From contig JAUVRX010000001.1 of assembly GCA_030597375.1 (NCBI GenBank), positions 1 through 52,817 of the forward strand: DNA of 52,817 nt, read 5' to 3'. Made by a program: the position numbers and the translations under genes. Within the stretch, counting starts at the first letter, position 1, and each line of letters opens with the position of its first letter. The notes under the pieces were generated by a model. The model saw only the letters and a list, made by a program, of their open reading frames with translations. It was not told the origin of the DNA and ran no database searches. This document shows positions 28,494 to 38,320 of this stretch, in pieces. This DNA is from Acidobacteriota bacterium (GTDB lineage: Bacteria; Acidobacteriota; Thermoanaerobaculia; Multivoradales; JAHEKO01).

Positions 28494-29699
28494 TCAATAG
28501 ATGAACTCTCGAATGTCATATCGACTGACCTTGAGATCCAGTCGTCTAATTATCTGTGCCATCCGCTGCAACTCAGCCTCGGTCTCTTCCTCCGTCATAG
28601 GAGTGAGGTCGGCCTTCGTTCGCCGCTCGGAATAGTCCGTCGACCCAGGCTGCTCCACGAAGGGTGACAGGTAGATCAGATCGGAATCATCGAGTGGCAG
28701 CTTCTTCAACACCTCGAGGCTGGCTCGGGCGTGCGCAGACCTGTATTCGCGACCGCCAAGACCTACCATCAGGATGAGGCAGACACTCAAGGAAGCCCCC
28801 TTGAGCTCCTCCACGAAGTTGCGCAACTCTATCGCAGAGCCCGGCTTGTTGACGAAGGCGAGCAGCTCGTCCAGGCCCGTCTCCATGCCGATATACACCC
28901 GTCTCAAGCCCAAATCCACAAGCCGCTTCCAATGCTCCAGGGGGCGCCGATCACCGCTGAAGAGGTCGATGAAACCGAACAGGGGGCGATCGGGGAAGAT
29001 CTCTTTCGCCGCCCCGATCAAGGGCTCCAGCCGTCTCAGAGATAGTGCCAGGGCGTTGCCATCAGCCAGGAAGATCCCTCGCCGCAGCGCGGCACCCGCT
29101 CCCAATAGATCCTTGACACCCGACGCGTGCTCCCGGAACTCGACTGGCGATTTCGTCTTGAAGGGCCGGTCCATATAGAAGCTACAAAAGGTGCACCGGT
29201 TCCAGCTGCAGCCCTCGGTCGCCTGGAGCACGATCGAGAGGTACTGATCTGGCGGCAAGATGGAGATGGGTCGATAGCAGGACAGGAAGCGCCGCCGCTC
29301 TGCCGCGAGACTCTCCGGAGTCCAGCGCAGGATTTCCTCACAGAGTCGGACCTCGAGCTCTCCGACGGCCCGGGCTCGGACCTCGCCCGCCAGAGCATAG
29401 GCCTCGAGGAAGATCGATCGCGCCTCGTCGGAAGGAAGCTGCCGCCGCTGCCGGCCACCGTCCTGAAACCGCAAATGAAGCTCACTGGACAGGCTCCGTT
29501 TGTAGGTCAGGCCCTGCCTGAAATAGAGATGCAGACGACCTTCTCGATCGAAGGTCAACGAGTGCTGTCGATTCGGGCTGATGACGGTCGCGCCCGGCGT
29601 CAGATTGACCAGCAGCCCGCGGTTCCCGGCCGGTGACCGATCCTGGCTGCCGCTCGTGTGAGCGACAAATGCGTCCCTTCCACTGGACATATGGTTCAA
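28494..29699 (-). CDS. Radical SAM protein with CX4CX2C cluster motif and ~160-aa unrecognised N-terminal region
   Basis: QATEGCSWNRCTFCSFY read directly from the codons tgc agc tgg aac cgg tgc acc ttt tgt. Downstream TIM-barrel-like GIFLADGNAL, VYIGMETG. Start uncertain (TTG 29699 or ATG 29690). Confidence 0.78.
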   Translation of the reverse strand: MNHMSSGRDAFVAHTSGSQDRSPAGNRGLLVNLTPGATVISPNRQHSLTFDREGRLHLYFRQGLTYKRSLSSELHLRFQDGGRQRRQLPSDEARSIFLEAYALAGEVRARAVGELEVRLCEEILRWTPESLAAERRRFLSCYRPISILPPDQYLSIVLQATEGCSWNRCTFCSFYMDRPFKTKSPVEFREHASGVKDLLGAGAALRRGIFLADGNALALSLRRLEPLIGAAKEIFPDRPLFGFIDLFSGDRRPLEHWKRLVDLGLRRVYIGMETGLDELLAFVNKPGSAIELRNFVEELKGASLSVCLILMVGLGGREYRSAHARASLEVLKKLPLDDSDLIYLSPFVEQPGSTDYSERRTKADLTPMTEEETEAELQRMAQIIRRLDLKVSRYDIREFIY

Positions 29700-29731
29700 C
29701 CCGGATGATTCATGATCCGGGCCTGAGAAAC

Positions 29732-30442
29732 TCAGCCCTCGCCCCGCTGGAGGGATCGCGCCTCGAGAATCAGGTCCGCCGCCTGTTCGGGGGTAAACCG
29801 CGCCAGATTGATGGTGATGTCGTACCGCATGGGATCATCGGGATCGACACCAAAATGATGTCTGAAGAAACGAATGCGCTCTTGCTCGATGCGGTGCATC
29901 TCGGTTGGGCCCCTCCCCCGAGCCAGGCCGAGTGTCCCTGCAAACCCACGAAGGCGATCCTCTTCCGGCGCCACCAAACGCACCCGAAAACCTCGACTTC
30001 TCGGCAGGATGAGATCGGCCCCACGACCCAGGAAGACACTATTGGCCTGGCCTGCCAGCGACAGCAAAGTCTCACATAGACGACGGTAGTAGTCATTCCT
30101 GACGAACTCACCCTCCATCAGCGACCTCAGGGTTTCTTCCCACCAACCCAGATCCCGCTCGTCCATAGATGCGTAGACACGGCGTCTGTGTTCGTCGTCT
30201 CCTGCCATGGCCTCCAGAATCTGACGCCCGAAAACCGGCCACCCCAGCACTTCACCCACCCTCTCCGCGACCTCCCCGCCCTGTGTGCCCACCTGCCTGG
30301 AGATGCACACGAAGTCTTCGGCCAGGCGAGGCTTCGAGACCGAAGTAGTGGGCCTTTGCTGCCTGGCCAGTTCCCAGTTTCGAAGCTGCTTCTCCACCAA
30401 CCTGGCGATGTCCGGATTGCCGCGTGCGAGCTTGGCCACCAT
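29732..30442 (-). CDS. Cytidylate-kinase-like family protein (Cytidylate_kin2-type, function unknown)
   Basis: VCISRQVGTQGGEVAERVGEVLGWPVFGRQILEAMA resembles the ISRxxGSGGxxIAxxLAxxLG pattern of this family. ATG 30442 lies 6 nt after GAGGAGG (the ORF track begins at TTG 30448). Confidence 0.68.
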   Translation of the reverse strand: MVAKLARGNPDIARLVEKQLRNWELARQQRPTTSVSKPRLAEDFVCISRQVGTQGGEVAERVGEVLGWPVFGRQILEAMAGDDEHRRRVYASMDERDLGWWEETLRSLMEGEFVRNDYYRRLCETLLSLAGQANSVFLGRGADLILPRSRGFRVRLVAPEEDRLRGFAGTLGLARGRGPTEMHRIEQERIRFFRHHFGVDPDDPMRYDITINLARFTPEQAADLILEARSLQRGEG

Positions 30443-30493
30443 CTCCAACCTCCTCGACCTCGAACGTCCGAGTCGATCTTCGTCAGTCTACTC

Positions 30494-32950
30494 CTATCGA
30501 CAGGTCGATGCGGAACCAAGCGAACGGCCACCGAGGCTCCAGATCGCCATCCCTGCGAAGCCGTAACAGGCGGCTGCAAACATCCCCATGGCATCGAGGC
30601 CGAAGTGGATCGCCACCAACGGCGCGAGGGCGGCGCTCACCACGGTCGCCCAGCCGTTGATACCCCAGGCCCATGGAATCCACCCGGGATGGATGCGTGC
30701 GAGGTGTTGCAGACCCAGTGGGAAAGGCATTCCCATCACGTAGGCCAAAGGCGCGACGACGAGCACGCTGATGAGGACCTTCCAACCAAGCCCCAGAGCC
30801 AGGGTCGCCCTGAAGATCACGGGCGTGAGGCCCAGATGCACCAGACAAAGCACCACGATCGCTCCGACGACAAGACCCGTCTTCGCCTGCAGACCGCTGC
30901 CTGTCGAACCGCTCAGTCTGCCGGCAGTTCCACTTCCCAGTCCGGCAAAGATCAGAAACGCGGCGAGAGCCGTAGCCACCGCGAAGATCGGGTCTCCCAC
31001 ATAGAGAATCACCCGCTGGATATAGGCGATTTCCAACATCAGAAAACCCAGGCCGAGTGCCGCGAAGAAGACCCAGGTCATCACCGAGCCGGCGCTCTGC
31101 TGCCAACCGCCTTTTCGAAGGACAAGTGGGAGAAGAATCAGGACTGAACCGGCAACAAGCGCCTGCGCCAAGGTTCCGAGCACTACGAGATAGCCCCACT
31201 CCAGCAGGGACGCTCCTCCCCGCTGCCGCAACTCCACCAGCTCCGGCACGGTACGCCAGCGGAAGAAGTGGGAGAAGAAGGGCCGATCATCGGTGGCAGG
31301 CTGAATGAAGAACTTGTAGTTGTCGATGAAGTCCTGACGATCCTCACCTACCAGAGCCATGGCTCCCTGATGAAGGTAGGGCTGTTCGAGGTGGTTGAAC
31401 CGATTCGCTTCCCCCGGTACCATATCGGGGAGGAAGACCACATCGAACCAACGGGACTCACACCACGCTCGGAGATCCTGCAGCTCGGTACTCGACCACC
31501 CTCCTCTCTTGACCAGAAGGGTCACCGCATCCCAGCTTCTCGCCATTACCAGGCTGCCCTTGGGGTTCTCCCAATCCAACGTCTCCAGCGCCTGCAATGC
31601 TGTGGCGAAGAGCTTGAGGCTGTCTCGGGGCGGCAGCCTCAAGCGCCGCGTCACCGACAACACGCCATCAGGCGTGAGATGCTCGACCAGCGCCGCCAGG
31701 GCCTCCACCGTGTACACGTAGCTGACGCCAGCGGCACCCACCCCGCCACTCGAAGCGGCGAGGGACTGCATCCCCCTCAGATCGATGACATCCCAGGCCT
31801 CTCGGTCCGCTGCCAAGAAGGCACGCATCTCTCCAACCCTCACATCGACGCTCGGCTCCTCCAGCAGGTGACCCGAGAACTCGGCCAACTCGCCCTGCAG
31901 CAACCGCAGCGACTGCGGGTTATGTTCGATAACCAGCACCCGCTCGGCTCCGTGCTCGAGGGCAGAGAGGACCCCCTCTCCACCCCCCAGGCCGATCACC
32001 AGAACGCGAGGGCTCTCAGACAGGTGGTAGCCAAGAAAGGAGACCTGATAGTCGAGGAAGCTCAGGCGACTCTTCCCTTGCCGACGTCGATTGACGACAC
32101 TCAGAGCATCGCCATCTTCGAAAAGCCCGATCTGCTCGGGGAGATCACCCTCGAAAGCGAGACTGAGCCCAGGTGCATACCGCAGAGGAATGGTGGGGCT
32201 ACGGACCACAGACAGCAGGGCCAGTGGACTCGACCTCTGGGTCACGACTTCAGTTCCGGGTACGAGAAGCGCATGGCTCAAGTCCTTGTACTCCGACTGC
32301 CGAAGTCTGAGCCAGCTACCGGGCAGTGCCATCAAGGCCAGCGATCCTGCGACCAGCAGCAGCGTCGTGGTTCGCTTCACGGCGACTCTGGGATCCAGGC
32401 TGGCAGCCGTTGCGGCAAGGAGGCCGCCGGCCCCGACCAGCAGAAGACACCGCTCTGGGGAGGTCGTCCAGAGTGCAACAACAACGGCTACCGCTCCGAG
32501 ACCGGCTCCCAATAGATCGGCCTGATAAAAGCGGAAGATCTCGCCTCGCCAAACCGTCAGGACGAGACCGATCGAAAAGCCGACACTGAAGAAAGGCAGG
32601 GCCAGGACGAGATAGACGAGGAGCAGCCAGAGCAGCTGTTCCAGCTCCCAAACCAGGGCCAGCGGATTGAAGGGTAGTCGCTGAGCCAACAGAAAGGCTC
32701 CCACCGACAACGGCGCGAACGATGCTGCGCTGACGAGCACAAAGCGGCCAGGCCTCGTGGTTGGACCGGCAAGCAGACGAGCCCGCATCAGGGCCAGGAC
32801 GCTGCCGCTAGCCCCGTAGCCCAACAGCGCGAGGCTGATCACCATGGCTGCGAATTGCTGCCACTGGATGATGGAAAACAGTCTGATCAGCAGGACTTCA
32901 TAGGCGATGGCCGCAGCCGACAGAATCAGGATGGCAAGACGGAGCGGCAT
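30494..32950 (-). CDS. Polytopic membrane protein fused to a spermidine-synthase-like (SpeE-fold) methyl/aminopropyl-transferase domain
   Basis: Multiple N-terminal and C-terminal TM helices flank a central soluble domain containing PRVLVIGLGGGEGVLSALEHGAERVLVIEHNPQSL. Confidence 0.8.
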   Translation of the reverse strand: MPLRLAILILSAAAIAYEVLLIRLFSIIQWQQFAAMVISLALLGYGASGSVLALMRARLLAGPTTRPGRFVLVSAASFAPLSVGAFLLAQRLPFNPLALVWELEQLLWLLLVYLVLALPFFSVGFSIGLVLTVWRGEIFRFYQADLLGAGLGAVAVVVALWTTSPERCLLLVGAGGLLAATAASLDPRVAVKRTTTLLLVAGSLALMALPGSWLRLRQSEYKDLSHALLVPGTEVVTQRSSPLALLSVVRSPTIPLRYAPGLSLAFEGDLPEQIGLFEDGDALSVVNRRRQGKSRLSFLDYQVSFLGYHLSESPRVLVIGLGGGEGVLSALEHGAERVLVIEHNPQSLRLLQGELAEFSGHLLEEPSVDVRVGEMRAFLAADREAWDVIDLRGMQSLAASSGGVGAAGVSYVYTVEALAALVEHLTPDGVLSVTRRLRLPPRDSLKLFATALQALETLDWENPKGSLVMARSWDAVTLLVKRGGWSSTELQDLRAWCESRWFDVVFLPDMVPGEANRFNHLEQPYLHQGAMALVGEDRQDFIDNYKFFIQPATDDRPFFSHFFRWRTVPELVELRQRGGASLLEWGYLVVLGTLAQALVAGSVLILLPLVLRKGGWQQSAGSVMTWVFFAALGLGFLMLEIAYIQRVILYVGDPIFAVATALAAFLIFAGLGSGTAGRLSGSTGSGLQAKTGLVVGAIVVLCLVHLGLTPVIFRATLALGLGWKVLISVLVVAPLAYVMGMPFPLGLQHLARIHPGWIPWAWGINGWATVVSAALAPLVAIHFGLDAMGMFAAACYGFAGMAIWSLGGRSLGSASTCR

Positions 32951-32993
32951 CAGCTGACAGACGCGGAGCCAGATACTCGTTGGCTGATGCGGT

Positions 32994-33725
32994 TCATCGA
33001 TCTCCGGTCAGAGGAACGAATGCCACTGGCAGGACCTGTCGGGTTCGAACAGCTCCCGCATCGTCCTTCTCCACGAGCGTCAGGTGTTGAACAGCGAACG
33101 GTCCTCCCACCGGTATCACCAAGACCCCCCCGGCCTCGAGCTGCGAGACCAGTGGCGGAGGAATGGTCGGCGAAGCGGCAGTGACGATGATGGCGTCGAA
33201 AGGCGCCTCCTCCTCCCACCCGTAGTAGCCATCTCCAACCCGGCTGGTGACCTCCGAGATACCCAGCGACGCGAATCGCTTCGCCACCTGCCTCCCCAAC
33301 TCCGGAATGATCTCGATCGTGAAGACCCGGGCACCCATCGCCGCCAGGACCGCGGCCTGGTATCCCGATCCGGTTCCGACCTCCAAGACCTTCGCTCCCT
33401 CCTCCAGCCCGAGAAGATCGGTCATCAGGGCGACGATGTACGGCTGCGAGATCGTCTGACCGTAGCCAATCGGCAGAGGGCGATTGTCGTAGGCATGGCG
33501 ACGCAGCTCAGCCGGCACGAACTCGTGGCGTGGCACTCGGGCCAGGGCCGCCATGACTCGGCTGTCCAGAGCCTTCCTGCCGGTCTGCCGTGCGGTGAGC
33601 CGGGTGTCGGCTTCGATCTCCTGCAGCATTCGCTGTTGAGCTTTCCCGTAGCTCTCGGCTGCAAGGACTGTAGACCCTGCCGCTGCCAGGATCGCCAACA
33701 GAGATGCCAACACGGTCTTTCTCAT
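32994..33725 (-). CDS. pcm: Protein-L-isoaspartate O-methyltransferase with N-terminal signal peptide
   Basis: VPRHEFVP...YDNRPLPIGYGQTISQPYIVALMTDLL...VLEVGTGSGYQAAVLA. N-terminus MRKTVLASLLAILAAAGSTVLAAE. Confidence 0.9.
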   Translation of the reverse strand: MRKTVLASLLAILAAAGSTVLAAESYGKAQQRMLQEIEADTRLTARQTGRKALDSRVMAALARVPRHEFVPAELRRHAYDNRPLPIGYGQTISQPYIVALMTDLLGLEEGAKVLEVGTGSGYQAAVLAAMGARVFTIEIIPELGRQVAKRFASLGISEVTSRVGDGYYGWEEEAPFDAIIVTAASPTIPPPLVSQLEAGGVLVIPVGGPFAVQHLTLVEKDDAGAVRTRQVLPVAFVPLTGDR

Positions 33726-33951
33726 TGGATCCCTCCCCTACCATCCCACAACAATCTTTCATGCGAGCTGAATTTCCAAACGAGGCTCTCAACCGGCATG
33801 ATTCATGCGTCCAGGAAAAGGGCCATGCCGACGAAGCCCGAGGGAACGTCGGCAGGACCGATCGACGAATGAGCTAGGATCGGGTACTGTGCCGACCCGG
33901 CAGACCGACCGTAGACTCATTCCTCGAGCCTGCTTTGTAAGCTGTGGGAAC

Positions 33952-35037
33952 ATGGAGCCAGTCATGCCTCGATCGATCCTATCCTCCCTCCTGGCCACTG
34001 CGGTCCTCATCGCAATGACTCTAGTCACCGACACCGGCAGCGCTCAGACGCTCCTGGTGGCCAACAAGACCGACGATACGGTGGACCTGATCGATCTGGT
34101 CACCGGAGAATCGAAAGCGACTCTTCCCACCGGGCAGGCGCCTCATGAGATCGAGACCTCGGCCGATGGCTCCCTGGCTGTCATCAGCAACTACGGCACT
34201 CGAGAGACGCCCGGTTCCAGCCTCACGATTGTCGACATCGCCGCTGCCAAGGTGCTCCGCACCCTCGATCTCGGAGAGCATACCCGGCCTCACGGTCTCG
34301 CCTGGATCGGAAACCATCGAATCGCCGTGACCACGGAAGGCAGCGCTCATCTCTTGGTGGTCGATATCGACACCGGACGGATCGTCAGCCAGGTCCCTAC
34401 CGGGCAGGAGACTTCCCACATGGTAGCCGTGACCCCCGATGGCAGCAGAGCGTTCGTCGCCAACATCGGCTCCGGCACTGTTACCGCCATCGATCTGACG
34501 GCTGGCAGCAAACTGGCCGATCTCGAGACCGGTGAGGGCGCCGAAGGAATCGAAGTCACCCCCGACGGCAGCGAGATCTGGGTCACGAATCGCGCCGCCG
34601 ACACCCTCTCCATCATCGCCCCCCAAAGTCTGGAGATTCTGGCGACCATCGCTTGTGCAGGCTTTCCAATCCGTGTGGCCATCACGCCCGACGGCACCAG
34701 GGCCCTGGTGTCGGTTGCTCGCACCGGCGAAGTCGTCGTTTTCGACGTCCAGGAACGCCGGGAGATCCTACGCCGCAAACTGGATCTCAGCACCGTACCT
34801 GACGCCAGCACCCGCCTCTTCGGTGACAGTTTCGGTGAGAGTCCGGTGCCGGTCGGCCTGGTGATCGATGCAGCGGGCGACAGGGCCTGGGTGGCTGCCA
34901 CCCAGGCCGACGCCGTCGTGGTCATCGGCACGGAGGACCTGAAAGTCGAGGCTCTGCTCCAGGCTGGCAGGGAGCCCGATGGCATGTCCCTCAGCCCGAT
35001 TTCGGTCGCCAGCGTCTCGGCGACGGCAGTTCATTAG
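33952..35037 (+). CDS. Secreted YVTN/lactonase-type 7-bladed beta-propeller protein
   Basis: ORF trimmed to ATG 33952. Signal peptide. Repeating blades (LLVANKTDDTVDLIDL, HMVAVTPDGSRAFVANIGSGTVTAIDL, IEVTPDGSEIWVTNRAADTLSII, VAITPDGTRALVS). Confidence 0.75.
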   Translation: MEPVMPRSILSSLLATAVLIAMTLVTDTGSAQTLLVANKTDDTVDLIDLVTGESKATLPTGQAPHEIETSADGSLAVISNYGTRETPGSSLTIVDIAAAKVLRTLDLGEHTRPHGLAWIGNHRIAVTTEGSAHLLVVDIDTGRIVSQVPTGQETSHMVAVTPDGSRAFVANIGSGTVTAIDLTAGSKLADLETGEGAEGIEVTPDGSEIWVTNRAADTLSIIAPQSLEILATIACAGFPIRVAITPDGTRALVSVARTGEVVVFDVQERREILRRKLDLSTVPDASTRLFGDSFGESPVPVGLVIDAAGDRAWVAATQADAVVVIGTEDLKVEALLQAGREPDGMSLSPISVASVSATAVH

Positions 35038-36125
35038 TCGCTCACTCCTCGGACGACCGCCGCCGCAAAGCGCTCGACGATCGTTGCCACCGGCTCGATG
35101 GCCCGTACCCCGGCGACGCTCTTGCCCGCCTGCAGATAGTCTCGATAGGAGAACGATCGGACCGAGGAGCGCTTCAGACTCCACAGAGCCTGCAGCGAGT
35201 AGATCATTCTCATCCAATGCTTGGTCTTGCGGCCACGCAGCAGCCAGCGCGCCACTGGACCGGCGGTCGTCCCGACCCTCTCGATGTAGGGAGTGCGGAT
35301 GACCGATACCGGCACACCCGTGAGGCGCTCGGTGAGGACGATGTCTTCGGCCTCCGCCTTGACGATGGCGCTCTTGTAGTCATCGCTCGCACGGCACTCC
35401 GGTGTGGCGATGAATCGCGTCCCCATTTGAACCGCGGCGTAGCCGGCCCGCAAGGCTCGCTCGAACTCTCCTTCGTCTCCCACGCCACCGGCGCAAACCA
35501 GCGGTACCCCCAGATCCCCGAGCTCATCGAGGAGCCGCATGGAGCCCTTGGGCCCAGCGTGACCACCGGCCCGGTCGTTGACGGCGATCAAACCGTCCGC
35601 GCCCGCATCCAGTCCCTTCTCGGCCCACTTGCGTTCGGTGACGTCGTGGTAGACCAGCCCTCCCACCTGGTGGACCTTCTCCACCACCCAGCGAGGGTTC
35701 CCCAACGACGTCACGAAGAAGCGGATACCATCCTCCAGCGCCGAATCTACGTAGCCTCGCATGCGCTCCTCGTAGACCTTCGACGACTTCTCCACGACGA
35801 CGTTCATCCCGACCGGCTTGTCGGTCAGGCGCCGAATCGTCGCCAGGCCCTGCCTGAACTCGTGCCCATGAACATAGACCAGCGACAGCGGTTGGATGAT
35901 GCCAATGCCTCCGGCCTCCGAGACCGCTGCCACCAACTCCGGGTTGCTGCAGGGGTACATGGCGCCACAAATCAATGGCACCTCGATCTTCAGCTGCCGG
36001 CTGACCGCCGTCTCGAGACCGGGGCGAACCCAACCGGGTTCACTCACGATGAAGGCTCGCTGTAGGATGTAGATGCCATGCCGATCCGATCCAGTACTCC
36101 ACCGGCAAACCTCCTGGAGCGCCAT
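35034..36125 (-). CDS. NAD(P)H-dependent flavin oxidoreductase (nitronate monooxygenase / FabK-like)
   Basis: IEVPLICGAMYPCSNPELVAAVSEAGGIGII, VCAGGVGDEGEFERALRAGYAAVQMGTRF. True start may be GTG 36047. Confidence 0.78.
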   Translation of the reverse strand: MALQEVCRWSTGSDRHGIYILQRAFIVSEPGWVRPGLETAVSRQLKIEVPLICGAMYPCSNPELVAAVSEAGGIGIIQPLSLVYVHGHEFRQGLATIRRLTDKPVGMNVVVEKSSKVYEERMRGYVDSALEDGIRFFVTSLGNPRWVVEKVHQVGGLVYHDVTERKWAEKGLDAGADGLIAVNDRAGGHAGPKGSMRLLDELGDLGVPLVCAGGVGDEGEFERALRAGYAAVQMGTRFIATPECRASDDYKSAIVKAEAEDIVLTERLTGVPVSVIRTPYIERVGTTAGPVARWLLRGRKTKHWMRMIYSLQALWSLKRSSVRSFSYRDYLQAGKSVAGVRAIEPVATIVERFAAAVVRGVSD

Positions 36126-36142
36126 CTGACTCGGAGGTCGAG

Positions 36143-36337
36143 ATGAGCAGAGGCGATCCGATGTTGGGCAATCTTCTCTTCGGGCTCTTCACGGTCATCA
36201 GCATCGCGGGTACCTTCCTCATCGCCCAACACTTGCACTCCCGCCGGCTGGCTATCCTTCTGTCGGTGGCGTTGCTCATCTTCTTCGCCGGTCTCTACTG
36301 CGCCCTCGAGGCCCTGATGCGTTGGCTCGGCCTTTGA
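36143..36337 (+). CDS. 64-aa two-helix membrane protein, unknown function
   Basis: GGAGG 5 nt upstream of the ATG. Two hydrophobic helices (LLFGLFTVISIAGTFLIA, LAILLSVALLIFFAGLYCAL). Confidence 0.45.
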   Translation: MSRGDPMLGNLLFGLFTVISIAGTFLIAQHLHSRRLAILLSVALLIFFAGLYCALEALMRWLGL

Positions 36338-36364
36338 GGGCTCTTCGCCGGCAGGAAGACTCCT

Positions 36365-38320
36365 TCAGCGGAGATAGTAGGGGCTGGACCAGGCCGCGCC
36401 TCCGTCCACCTGGACTGCCCTCACATAGAGATACTCCCCGGCCTCGAGATCCTCCATGGTCGTGGCAAAGCGGCAATCTCTCTCCCCATCGCAAGCGACG
36501 CTCTCATGAATCTGGCCGCTGCGGATGACATCGACCCTGTCCAGGGGACCTGGTGCGACGATCCACACCGTCAGCTCAGCAGAGCCCGCACCCAAGGGCC
36601 CCATGCCCACCTCGTCGAGCCCGACATCGGCACCCATAGGCCGTCCACCGAGTCGCGTAGCCATGACGATACGGGGCCCGTTGGTGGCGTAGACCCGACG
36701 AGACCGCAGAGCCTCCAGGATGCCCTCCCGGGTCAGGTCGCTGGTGAGAAATGCGGCAAGTCCACCCGACGCCGACGTCAAGTGAGCCAATCCAGGATGG
36801 CCATCATGGCTGTCACCGCTGCCCACGAAACCGAATCTGTACCCTCGATCCAGAACGTCTCGGACAAAATTTCCCGGCAACGGGCTGTAGATCAGTCCTG
36901 GCGAGTCCATGGCTTCGCTGCTACCGTGCACCGAGACAATCTCGGTCACCGGCTCGAGCTCGGGGTCCGGTGGGATCTGCCAATTGGTCGGAATCGGTCC
37001 GCCAGCCGAGTGGTGGGCCAGGGTCAGGGCAGGTTTCCCCTTCAAGGCGGCCCAGAGCTGTTCGGGTGACTCGAAGGCGGGATCGACGGAGCTCAAGACC
37101 TCACCCTCGGAGTCGAAGTACAGGACATGTCGATGCCCATGGATCCAACTCGTCCATTCGTAGCCCAGCACGGTAACGAACCTTCCAGGTCGATAGAAGA
37201 GATCCCCCTGTCGTCGAATCTCGGCCCAGAACTGGGGGTTGAGGGCTAGCGGCTCCATACCCCAGTGGTCGTGATCGGTGAGGGCCGCCACGTCCAGCGC
37301 TGCCACATCTCGGGCGTAGCGAAAGTAGTCCTCGACTGTCCCTGTGCCGTCGGACAGTGCGGAGTGGCCGTGCAGGTCTCCCCACAGGACTCGATCGACT
37401 TCGGATGAGACTACGAGGGGGTTGCTTTCCGCCCTCAACCCGTCCGGGCCCTCGGCCGCGACCCGGAAGACGCCCTCACTCTCGACGAGCACCTCAAGAT
37501 GCAGGACACCCCGCAGCTCGGCCTTCATCTCCACCACAGGCGGCAGGTCCGGAAGACCCTCGGCTTGCAGTCGGATCTCACCTTCCACGTCCACCCCGGC
37601 ACTCCCCGTGGCATCCAGGATCGCCACCGTGAGCCGAATCGACTCTCCCGGCTGTGCAGTGGAAGGCTGGAGAAGAATCAACTGGGCAGCCGGGCCAGCC
37701 ACGACCTTCACATCCAGCCGTCCCTGCACCAGCTTTCGGACTCCGTCCCCGTCACCATCGACCGCGATGTAGAACCTCGATTCGCTTTCGGCGAACCGAT
37801 CGGCGATCGCCCCCTGGTCCCCGGCGCCGTAGACGATCTGCACCTGTTCCCCAGGCTCCAACGGACGACCCTGGATCTGAATGCCAAGGAGACCCTGATC
37901 GACGGTCTGAGCCTCGAGATCCACCCCTTCGGCAGCCGTGGACACCAGGGTAAAGCCCAGTCCCTCGGAGTTCGTCACCTGCGGAGTGCTCCAGCCCCAG
38001 AATGGCGGCGCCTGGAGAAATATCCAGCCACCTTCGGCGATTCCGAGAGGGCCGGCTTCGTAAAGGAAAGTCCATTGGCCCGGGCTGCCGGATATTACCT
38101 CCCTGCTGGCGGATTCCTCCTCCACGATCCAGACATCTCCCCCCCCATCGGAGGGATGTCTCACGGCCTCCAGATCCTGGCGCAGCGCCTCGACAATCTC
38201 GAGATGCGGACGCGGAGACATGGACGCACCCGGCTCCTCTGGAGTCTGTCCGCACGCCACTGCAATCAAAGCAGCAAGGGCCCACGATCCGCACCGCGTT
38301 CGTTTTCGAATCGATATCAT
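36365..38320 (-). CDS. PHP-superfamily metallohydrolase lipoprotein (DUF3604 / CehA-McbA-like) with N-terminal beta-sandwich region
   Basis: ORF trimmed to ATG 38320. Lipobox LIAVAC. Metal-site motif LWGDLHGHSALSDGTG...AALTDHDHWG...GSGDSHDGHPG. Confidence 0.7.
   Translation of the reverse strand: MISIRKRTRCGSWALAALIAVACGQTPEEPGASMSPRPHLEIVEALRQDLEAVRHPSDGGGDVWIVEEESASREVISGSPGQWTFLYEAGPLGIAEGGWIFLQAPPFWGWSTPQVTNSEGLGFTLVSTAAEGVDLEAQTVDQGLLGIQIQGRPLEPGEQVQIVYGAGDQGAIADRFAESESRFYIAVDGDGDGVRKLVQGRLDVKVVAGPAAQLILLQPSTAQPGESIRLTVAILDATGSAGVDVEGEIRLQAEGLPDLPPVVEMKAELRGVLHLEVLVESEGVFRVAAEGPDGLRAESNPLVVSSEVDRVLWGDLHGHSALSDGTGTVEDYFRYARDVAALDVAALTDHDHWGMEPLALNPQFWAEIRRQGDLFYRPGRFVTVLGYEWTSWIHGHRHVLYFDSEGEVLSSVDPAFESPEQLWAALKGKPALTLAHHSAGGPIPTNWQIPPDPELEPVTEIVSVHGSSEAMDSPGLIYSPLPGNFVRDVLDRGYRFGFVGSGDSHDGHPGLAHLTSASGGLAAFLTSDLTREGILEALRSRRVYATNGPRIVMATRLGGRPMGADVGLDEVGMGPLGAGSAELTVWIVAPGPLDRVDVIRSGQIHESVACDGERDCRFATTMEDLEAGEYLYVRAVQVDGGAAWSSPYYLR

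Noticed and set aside
31268-32515. 415-aa + strand ORF inside the spermidine-synthase-like gene (similar cases: 30188..31147, 35217..36065, 37499..38413, 38220..39548, 38344..39303, 40137..41051, 40955..41824, 43564..44463, 19687..20742, 24036..24908)
   Set aside because: All of these are antisense or out-of-frame shadows of well-supported genes, with Arg/Pro/Gly/His-rich junk-like translations.
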